From Planctomycetota bacterium (GTDB taxonomy: Bacteria; Planctomycetota; Phycisphaerae; Phycisphaerales; Phycisphaeraceae), in NCBI GenBank assembly GCA_039030755.1, contig JBCCDN010000001.1:1-56250 (forward strand): 56,250 bases of DNA, read 5' to 3'. A program made the position numbers and the translations under genes. The notes under the pieces are model-generated. The model made no database searches and was not told where the DNA came from. It was given only the letters and a program-made list of their open reading frames with translations. This document shows, in pieces, positions 49,446 to 56,250 of this stretch. Every line of letters begins with the position of its first letter. Position 1 is the first letter of the stretch.

Positions 49446-49766
49446 CTACTCGGCCTTGCGGAACACCGCGACGACGTTTTCAAGGGGCACAACGAACAGC
49501 CGGTTGTCGCCCTCGAAGTCCACGGGGATCGCTCCCTTGGGGTTGAATAGCACCTTGTCGTACTGGTTGAGCGGAACGTCGTCGTCGTGCTCGATCTCGG
49601 CCGAGATCGTGACGATACGGCCGGTGAGCGTGGGGATTTCGATCTTGTCGGGCAGGTGAATGCCGGCCTTGGTGGTCTTCTTGTCCTCGTCCTTGCGGAT
49701 GAGCACTCGGGCACCCACGGGCTCCACGATTTCGAGTTTGGCGGTTTTGGCTGAGGAATCAGGCAT
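49446..49766 (-). CDS. Cpn10/GroES-family co-chaperonin-like protein (no adjacent groEL)
   Basis: ATG 49766 gives 106 aa. The GroES pattern is present (VEPVGARVLIRKDEDKKTTKAGIHLPD...GRIVTIS...VLFNPKG). It is divergent from canonical GroES, including at its ends. Confidence 0.65.
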   Translation of the reverse strand: MPDSSAKTAKLEIVEPVGARVLIRKDEDKKTTKAGIHLPDKIEIPTLTGRIVTISAEIEHDDDVPLNQYDKVLFNPKGAIPVDFEGDNRLFVVPLENVVAVFRKAE

Positions 49767-49795
49767 GATGCGAGTGTACGTCGAAGGACGTGCGG

Positions 49796-52615
49796 TCAGT
49801 GGAAAGGGCCCTGCGGTTTGTACGTGAGCTTGGCTTTGGTCGGCGCGAAGCCGTGCTCGTCGAAGACCGTCAACACGTTCGGCCCATCCAACTTCAACCA
49901 CGGCTCGGGCAGGTAATACAGCGACTGCGGCGGGACTTTCGCCCGGGTCGCGGTTTGGCAGAAGTATCGGCCGACGTTGTGACCGTTGAGATAAAGTTGT
50001 CCTTTACTAAGACTCGACGCGTCGAGGAACAATGAAACGTCGGCGGATTTTACGTCGAACGTGCAGCGGAACCAACCGGGTTGGCTAGCATTGCGATCGC
50101 CGATCGGGCCAAACGCATCGTCGTCGGGCATGGTCCAGGGCGTGAACGCCCATTGCGATTTCTCGGTGCGTTTAGCGTCGATCTGGAACAGCTCAAACTG
50201 TTTCGCGAGCGCCGCGTGTGCATCGTCGGCCGAATCGAAGTGCACGACAACTTCGTTGTTACCGGTTTTGACGGGTGATTCTTCATCGGTCGGGTCGAGC
50301 AGAAACTCGTTTTCGCCGGCGGTGTGCTCACCGATTCGGCCGATCGGCTGCGCGTTGATGCAGACCGTAGCGTTCACCTTCAAGATGCCAGAACCGCGAA
50401 GTAGCAGCGGCTTCTTGCCCACGAGCTTGACGGTCCACGACAGCTTCGTGCCCAAAGGAAGCTGTCCCTGGCGACGGTTGTAGATCAAGCCCGCGAACAC
50501 GAACGGATCCGGCGCGGGCTCGTTGGACACCGCAGGCTGACCGAGCTTCATCGACTTGACGCCACAGAAGTGCGACCGTAGACCCACCGGCTCGGCGGTG
50601 CGTTGCCCGTAATTAAACCGCCCCAGGTGATCGGCGAGCACCACGACGTCGCCGTTCAGTGCGATCGATTCGACCTCGCGACTTGCGCCAACCGATCGGC
50701 CGAGGATCACATCGAGCTTGCGGTCGCGGTACACATGCAAGCGGTCGCCGCCGTGAGGTACGAGTGTCTTAGTCGCGCGGGCGGCGGCGGGCTTGGTCCC
50801 AGTGATCCGGTACCAGCCATAACCTTCCATCACGCCCAGTTGGGCGAGCGATGCGGGGCCGGCGATGTCCTCGTACGTTTCGGCCGAGCCGTCAAGAAGC
50901 GATGAACAGTCGGCGTAATCCCACGCGGACAGCCTGGGCGCGACCGGCGATTTAGCGGCGTTGACGCGTTGAGTTTTCGTGCTGCCATCGGACGCGATAT
51001 GCGTCTGGCTCGCCCAGCCTCTGAGCGGCACAGGCTTGTCGTCTTCACCGATACTTTCGGCACCCACCACAAGCCCCGACTTCGTCAAGTAGGCCGCATC
51101 GACCATGTCTTGATTGAGCACCACGACGGTCACGCGGCCGAGCTGCGCCACATGCGGCGTCTTTCCGTTGGGCACGGGCAGCGCGTGCAGGGCGCCGTCG
51201 AGGCTGAGCAAACCCTCCGCTCCAGCGGGCCCGTAGAGCACCAGCATCTTTCGGTCGACAAACGCCCAAGGGCGAAGGTTGGTGAAGTCCAGCTTCGCCA
51301 CGTCGCCGAGTTTCACGTTCAGAAGCAACCAAGCCGCGCGGTCTTTACCGAGCGGCACGGGGAGGCTCCGGCCGTCGGGTAATTGCAGCGTGACCGTGTC
51401 GTGCTTGTCCTTTTCGCCACGCGTGATGAAGACGGCGTCGCCAAGTTTGCCCGGGGCATGGATCACGGCCGGCGGATGCGCGTCCTCGCCGCCCTGAATT
51501 GTGACCGCGCGATGGGCCGGTTCTAGATTCGCGAGAACCGGCGCGAACTGCGACGCGAACGTGCAGATACGTTTGGTCACCGCAAACTTTTCCGCCCGAC
51601 CGCCGGCCTCGCGCAGCGGCGCGTCGTAGTCGTAGCTGGTCGTCATATAAGCGTCGTCGGAGTTGACCGTCCGCCCGCCGCTGAACCCGAAGTTGGTCCC
51701 GCCGTGAAACATGAACAGGTTCGGCATGGCGCCCTCGGCCAGAATGCATGCCAGGCGATACAGATGCTTCTGAGCGTTCACGGTGTCCGCGTGATCGCTT
51801 CCCCACGCGTCGAACCAGCCGGTCCAATACTCGCTAACCACGCGCGGCGCGTCAGGCTGAACAACCCCCAACTGCCGCACCGACGCCGAGAGGTCCGCCG
51901 AGGCGTTCCACGTGTGCAACGTGCTATCGACCGGCTGCCACAGCTGGTTGCACGCGTTGAGCGGGACCCGGCAGCCGCCTTCACGGAGATAGCGCACGAG
52001 TTGTCGGTGATATTCGTCGTGCTGTTTTTGGCTGTGGCTGAACCACTCGTTCTCAACCTGCATCAACAGGATGGGGCCGCCGCCTTCGCCGCGATAGCCG
52101 TGGGCCCCATCACCAGACTTCACATCGAACGCACCGGCGTGTTGCAGGTTCGCATCGTCGCCGACCACTTGTAGGTCCTTGACCTGATGCATCACCGCCG
52201 ACAGGTACCGCGAGCACGCTGCAAGAAAAGGCTCGCTGTTCTGCCGGATCTTCATCGGGCCCGACTTCTTGGTCGTCGGCACCGTCTCCAGCCAAGCGGG
52301 CAGCCCGCCGCCGTCCCATTCTGCACACGCGTAAGGTCCGGGCCGCAGCCAACACCACATCCCCTCTTCGCCGACGATCTCAATAAACCGCCGAAGGTTG
52401 CGATCTCCCGAAAAATCGAATTCGCCCGGCGCGGATTCGTGCGCATTCCAAAACACATAGGTCTCGATGCAGTTCAGCCCGGCTTGTTTCGCCGCACGGA
52501 TACGATTCCGCCACAGCGCTCGCGGAATTCGTAAGTAATGCAACGCGCCACTCACTAAAAAGACGCGCCGCCCACCCACCACAAACGCCTGCCGATCGTA
52601 GGAAATTTCAGCCAT
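49796..52615 (-). CDS. Glycoside hydrolase family 35 beta-galactosidase, large multidomain form
   Basis: N-terminal TIM barrel (GALHYLRIPRALWRNRIRAAKQAGLNCIETYVFWNAHE, PGPYACAEWDGGGLPAWL, acid/base MQVENEW) with beta-sandwich C-terminal domains. No evident signal peptide. Confidence 0.85.
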   Translation of the reverse strand: MAEISYDRQAFVVGGRRVFLVSGALHYLRIPRALWRNRIRAAKQAGLNCIETYVFWNAHESAPGEFDFSGDRNLRRFIEIVGEEGMWCWLRPGPYACAEWDGGGLPAWLETVPTTKKSGPMKIRQNSEPFLAACSRYLSAVMHQVKDLQVVGDDANLQHAGAFDVKSGDGAHGYRGEGGGPILLMQVENEWFSHSQKQHDEYHRQLVRYLREGGCRVPLNACNQLWQPVDSTLHTWNASADLSASVRQLGVVQPDAPRVVSEYWTGWFDAWGSDHADTVNAQKHLYRLACILAEGAMPNLFMFHGGTNFGFSGGRTVNSDDAYMTTSYDYDAPLREAGGRAEKFAVTKRICTFASQFAPVLANLEPAHRAVTIQGGEDAHPPAVIHAPGKLGDAVFITRGEKDKHDTVTLQLPDGRSLPVPLGKDRAAWLLLNVKLGDVAKLDFTNLRPWAFVDRKMLVLYGPAGAEGLLSLDGALHALPVPNGKTPHVAQLGRVTVVVLNQDMVDAAYLTKSGLVVGAESIGEDDKPVPLRGWASQTHIASDGSTKTQRVNAAKSPVAPRLSAWDYADCSSLLDGSAETYEDIAGPASLAQLGVMEGYGWYRITGTKPAAARATKTLVPHGGDRLHVYRDRKLDVILGRSVGASREVESIALNGDVVVLADHLGRFNYGQRTAEPVGLRSHFCGVKSMKLGQPAVSNEPAPDPFVFAGLIYNRRQGQLPLGTKLSWTVKLVGKKPLLLRGSGILKVNATVCINAQPIGRIGEHTAGENEFLLDPTDEESPVKTGNNEVVVHFDSADDAHAALAKQFELFQIDAKRTEKSQWAFTPWTMPDDDAFGPIGDRNASQPGWFRCTFDVKSADVSLFLDASSLSKGQLYLNGHNVGRYFCQTATRAKVPPQSLYYLPEPWLKLDGPNVLTVFDEHGFAPTKAKLTYKPQGPFH

Positions 52616-52707
52616 AGTCCATCGAACCTATGCCAAGCGACGACGCGCGGCAAAACGGGCACGGCCTGCTTCGGACGGCGTCCTGCCGACCTAGATAGAC
52701 TCTGTGG

Positions 52708-54579
52708 ATGTTCAGGCCTCGTCGAGCCACGCAGAGAGCGCCGCAACAACTCAATTTCTTGCCCTTTCAACTGATTGGTCTCACGGCGTCGGTGATGGCG
52801 GCCGCACTGGCCGGCTGCGTCTCATCCATGGATCGGCTGGACCGCGACGCCGCTCGAATGATCGAGGCACGCCAGCAACGGAACCTCGGATTCACCGCGC
52901 CCACCGACCCGCAGACCGTCCCGCCCGGTCGAATCCTTCTGGTCGGCGATGAACTCTACGACGAAGCCCCCACCACCAACAATCTCGAACGCGACCAGCT
53001 TCCGGCCGTCACCAACCCCGAACCGGCCATCGATACCGACCGTCTGCCCGGGTCGATCGGCACCGGCCAGGGCCCGCTGGTTTCGCTGGACCTCGAAGGC
53101 GTTTTAGCCACCGCGATCCAAACCGCCCCGGACTACCGACTTGAAAAAGAAGACCTGTTCCTCACCACGCTGTCGCTGATCATCGAGCGGCACCTTTGGG
53201 GGCCGCGATTCTTTTCGGGCGTCTCGGGTCGACTCACCGGCACGCCCGAGTCCGGCGACTTCGACACGGTCGGCTCGCTCGTGGCCGACCTGGGCGTCAC
53301 GCAGCGACTGCCCTACGGCGGCGCTGTTTCGGTTCGTGCGCTTGTGGACTACGTCGCGTTTCTTCAGCAGTCTTCCGCCAGCACGGCCGATGAAGAAACC
53401 CAAGGCGGCGCGGTCGAGCTTGCGTTGAACCTTCCGCTGTTGCGTGGGGCCGGCATGGTCGCGCGGGAAGACTTGATTCAGGCCGAACGCGACCTGACCT
53501 ACGCCATTCGCGAGTTCGAGCGATTCCGCCGAGCGTTCCTGGTGGACCTCTCGGCTGAGTATTTCGATCTGGTGTTCGCGCAGCAGGAAATCGTCAACCA
53601 GCAGTCGCAGCTGCGTAATCTTGCGTTCGTGGCCGAGCAGTTCCGGGCCCTGGCCGACGCGGGAAAAATCCGCGGCTTCCAGGCCGAAGAAATCGAGCAG
53701 GACGTGCTGTCCGCTCGCAACCGGCTGCTCGGGCTGCGCGAGTCGTATGCCAACAACATCGACAGCTTCAAAATCGATCTCGGCCTCGACATGGGCGTTC
53801 ATCTGGTCATCGAACCCAGCGAGGTCCGCGTCCCACGGCCGATCCTCGAACTCGAGCCCTCGGTCGATGCGGCCCTCACGTTCCGCCTGGATCTGCAGAC
53901 CGCCGCCGACCGGGTGATCGACTCGCGTCGCCAAGTCAGCAACGCCCGCAACGGCCTGCTACCGGACTTGGACCTCGATGCCGACCTTCGGCTCCGAACC
54001 GACGAAGACAAACAACGCGCGGGCGTGGACCTCGAATTGTCGGACAGCGAATACGACGTCGGCCTGAACTTCGAGTTTCCGCTCGATCGCCAGATCGAGT
54101 ACGCCAACCTGCGGGCGGCCCAGGTGCGGCTGGAGCGCGACCTCCGGGAGTTGGACGTGTTCCGGGACGGCATCGCGTTGGAAGTCCGCCAAGCGATCCG
54201 GGAGATCGAGCAGTCGCGGTTCTCGCTGGAGTTGCAGAAGCGCAACGTCGTGCTCAACGAACGCCGGGCGCTCGAAGTCTCGCTCCGTCGTCGTACGCTG
54301 GGGGCCCGCGACGTCATCCGCGCCCAGGAAGACCTTATTGACGCCCGCAACGGCCGTGACCAGGCCGCCGCCGACTTGCAGACTTCTATCCTTGAGTACC
54401 TGCTCGCGACCGGGCAGATGCGCGTCGATCCGGCCGGCCAATGGCTTCCACCCGCTCTGCTGATTCCGCTGGCGGTTGAAGAACCGGCCGCCACGCCGCT
54501 CGGCCCGGACACCGACGCGCTAATGCAGCTGGAACTCCCGCCCGAGCCCGCCGCCGCGCCGGCACCGGTCGCGGAGTAG
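52708..54579 (+). CDS. TolC-family outer membrane efflux protein (lipoprotein)
   Basis: Lipobox LAGC after a hydrophobic leader. Two internal repeats of the long helical OEP pattern (LDLQTAADRV..., RAAQVRLERDLRE...). Confidence 0.8.
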   Translation: MFRPRRATQRAPQQLNFLPFQLIGLTASVMAAALAGCVSSMDRLDRDAARMIEARQQRNLGFTAPTDPQTVPPGRILLVGDELYDEAPTTNNLERDQLPAVTNPEPAIDTDRLPGSIGTGQGPLVSLDLEGVLATAIQTAPDYRLEKEDLFLTTLSLIIERHLWGPRFFSGVSGRLTGTPESGDFDTVGSLVADLGVTQRLPYGGAVSVRALVDYVAFLQQSSASTADEETQGGAVELALNLPLLRGAGMVAREDLIQAERDLTYAIREFERFRRAFLVDLSAEYFDLVFAQQEIVNQQSQLRNLAFVAEQFRALADAGKIRGFQAEEIEQDVLSARNRLLGLRESYANNIDSFKIDLGLDMGVHLVIEPSEVRVPRPILELEPSVDAALTFRLDLQTAADRVIDSRRQVSNARNGLLPDLDLDADLRLRTDEDKQRAGVDLELSDSEYDVGLNFEFPLDRQIEYANLRAAQVRLERDLRELDVFRDGIALEVRQAIREIEQSRFSLELQKRNVVLNERRALEVSLRRRTLGARDVIRAQEDLIDARNGRDQAAADLQTSILEYLLATGQMRVDPAGQWLPPALLIPLAVEEPAATPLGPDTDALMQLELPPEPAAAPAPVAE

Positions 54580-54646
54580 CTCGGGGTATGATGACTCCGC
54601 CAAGCAGTCTTCAAGCCTGAGCAAGCGCCCCTGTTGGAGTGTCCCG

Positions 54647-56179
54647 TTGATGCTGTTCTCATTCGCTTCCCCCAAGACCGGCTCGGTCCCGCCTATCGCC
54701 TTGTTTGGGGCCAAGGGAGGCTTGGCTGGCTTCTTCCTGTTCTCGCTGCTTGTTCTATTGAGCCTGACCTCCGGCTGCTCGGACGCCGCCGACGGCGCGA
54801 CCACCGCCGACAACACCGAGTGGTACGAAGCCCGGGTTCAATCTTTCGCGCTCACCGTCGCCGAGTCGGGGCAACTTGAAGCGTTCCGTAAGGTCGAAAT
54901 CAAGAGCAAAGTGGATGGCCGACCCATCATTATCGAAGTTGTCCCAGAAGGCATCGATGTCAAGCAGGGCGACGAACTGGTCGTTCTCGATAGCGCCGAG
55001 ATTGAAGAAGAACTCGCCGAAGAGCAGTTGCAACTCGAAACCGCTCGCGCCGACAAAATCACCGCCGAGCAGGAGCTTGCGATCCAGATCACCACCGCCG
55101 CCGCCGAGCAGCGGTCGGCCGAAGTGGCGCTGCAATTGGCGAAGCTCGAACTCGCCGAGTGGGATCGGGGCGAGGTGCCGACGAAGCAGCGCGAGCTCAC
55201 GCTTGCCTTGGAAAAAGCCCAGCGCGAGGTCGAGCGTACCCAACGCAACTACGAAACCGATCAAGCGCTGTATGCCCAACGCTTCATCAGCCAAGACGAG
55301 CTTGAAGATTCCGAAATTGCCACGATCGAAGCGATCGACGATCTCGCGACCGCCAAGCTGAATATCGAGGTCTATGACCTGTACACGAATCTCAAAGAGC
55401 GGCAGGAGTTTCAGTCCGCTGTGGATGACGCCCAAGCCGAGTTGGAAAACACCCTCGCGGAAAACGAAAGCAAGCTCGCCCAAGCCAACGCCAAGGCCGA
55501 GAGTGAACGGCGCGGCCTGATTCTCCAAGAGGCCGAGGTCGCCGAAGCCCAAGAGCAACTCGACAACACCCGCATCGCAGCCCCCCAAGACGGCATGGTC
55601 GTCTACGCTTCATCGACCGGCAATCGTTGGAACCGAGGCGAACCCATCGCCGAAGGCCGGCAGGTCCGCCGCAGCGAAACGATTCTGATCCTGCCCGACA
55701 CCAGTCAACTCGTCGCCGTGATCAGTGTGCCCGAAGCGCTAGCGCCAAAGGTTAAGCCAGGACAGACCACGCAGGTCACCGTGGACGCCATCCCCGATCG
55801 GGTCTTCGAGGGCGAAGTCTCGTCAGTTTCGGTGCTTGCCGAAGACGGCGGTTGGTGGAACAACAACGTCAAAAATTTCACCGTCCGCGTGCTTCTGCCG
55901 CCCGGTGCCGGTGCCGGCCAACTCAAACCCACCATGACCTGCACCGGCACGATCTTCATCGATCAGATCGAAGAAGCCATCGCCGTCCCCGTTCAAGCCA
56001 TTTTCGCTGACGGCGAGCAGCGATACGTTTACGTCTCCGCCGGGATGAGCGGCGTGAAACGTCATCACGTTGAGATCGGCCGAGCCTCGGACACGCTCGT
56101 CGAAATCCTCTCCGGACTCGACGCCGGTACCCGAGTCCTGCTCCGAGCTCCTAGACCCGGCGAAGAAGTACAAGGATGA
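54647..56179 (+). CDS. Efflux periplasmic adaptor (HlyD/MFP family, MacA-like long coiled-coil hairpin), lipoprotein
   Basis: Lipobox LTSGC, a biotinyl-lipoyl-like motif (VKQGDELVVLD), a roughly 200-aa coiled-coil hairpin, and beta-barrel/MP domains (RIAAPQDGMVVY). Confidence 0.8.
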   Translation: MMLFSFASPKTGSVPPIALFGAKGGLAGFFLFSLLVLLSLTSGCSDAADGATTADNTEWYEARVQSFALTVAESGQLEAFRKVEIKSKVDGRPIIIEVVPEGIDVKQGDELVVLDSAEIEEELAEEQLQLETARADKITAEQELAIQITTAAAEQRSAEVALQLAKLELAEWDRGEVPTKQRELTLALEKAQREVERTQRNYETDQALYAQRFISQDELEDSEIATIEAIDDLATAKLNIEVYDLYTNLKERQEFQSAVDDAQAELENTLAENESKLAQANAKAESERRGLILQEAEVAEAQEQLDNTRIAAPQDGMVVYASSTGNRWNRGEPIAEGRQVRRSETILILPDTSQLVAVISVPEALAPKVKPGQTTQVTVDAIPDRVFEGEVSSVSVLAEDGGWWNNNVKNFTVRVLLPPGAGAGQLKPTMTCTGTIFIDQIEEAIAVPVQAIFADGEQRYVYVSAGMSGVKRHHVEIGRASDTLVEILSGLDAGTRVLLRAPRPGEEVQG

Positions 56180-56250
56180 CCACCCGTCAAACCGGTCAAG
56201 GCATTGAATCCCGCAGCACGTCCTGGCTAAGGCACGACATCACCCAGGGC
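56176..56250 (+). CDS. 5-prime end of the next ORF in the efflux operon (identity not determinable)
   Basis: The ATG at 56176 overlaps the adaptor stop (ATGA). The frame stays open to the window end (MTTRQTGQGIESRSTSWLRHDITQG). Confidence 0.3.
   Translation, partial: MTTRQTGQGIESRSTSWLRHDITQG

Noticed and set aside
53104-55588. Antisense ORFs 53104-53934, 53799-54662 and 54755-55588
   Set aside because: Shadows opposite the TolC-like and HlyD-like genes, whose own frames show lipoboxes and family-typical coiled-coil patterns.
1-56250. Search for CRISPR arrays, IS elements, integrases, prophage genes and rRNA/tRNA genes
   Set aside because: Reading both strands revealed no regularly spaced direct repeats, transposase or integrase-like ORFs, or RNA gene signatures. 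A computational scan (tRNAscan-SE, Infernal, CRISPR finders) would be needed for certainty.

Overview
High-GC bacterial chromosomal segment. Hand counts of 100-nt samples give about 63% GC in core genes. Coding is dense on both strands, about 60 supportable CDS. I found no rRNA, tRNA, CRISPR array, transposase or integrase. Gene content suggests a PVC/Planctomycetota-like organism, but that is inference only: PEP-CTERM proteins, a WG-repeat protein, a prenyltransferase/squalene-oxidase-repeat protein, a small basic protein, bactofilins, and ftsW-murG without the rest of a dcw cluster.

Recognisable genes, in order:
- Pili and cytoskeleton: pilB-like (5-prime truncated), pilT, and a two-bactofilin module with a coupled coiled-coil envelope protein.
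- Mixed functions: a DoxX-like protein, lhgO, a PilZ protein, an LPG-synthase-TM-like protein, two PEP-CTERM proteins, fldA, an ABC-2 transporter (ATPase plus two permeases), an MscS channel, a metal permease-HMA fusion and a MazG-like protein.
- One co-directional block: acidic tail-anchored protein, ftsW, murG, ispA, dxs.
- RNA modification and neighbours: rsmE, manA, miaB-tcdA-tatD and an FtsB/DivIC-like protein.
- A tightly packed string: nuoD, micro-ORF, nuoE, two orphan ORFs, nuoF, yqgE, serine hydrolase.
- The rest: queG, fabI, an aminotransferase, acpS, aroA, an orphan groES-like gene, a GH35 beta-galactosidase, and the start of a TolC/HlyD efflux operon.

Most of the window is ordinary housekeeping. 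The items most worth follow-up are:
1. Orphan ORFs translationally coupled inside nuoD-E-F, one with clearly foreign base composition.
2. An acidic, motif-repeat, tail-anchored protein directly upstream of ftsW-murG.
3. The Zn-ribbon bactofilin / bactofilin / coiled-coil module.
4. A roughly 1-kb low-GC islet encoding small membrane proteins.
5. A stand-alone sigma-70 region-4 mini-protein.

All family calls come from motif recognition by eye. No database search was possible. Many long ORFs in the supplied track are alternative-frame or antisense shadows typical of high-GC DNA and were rejected.
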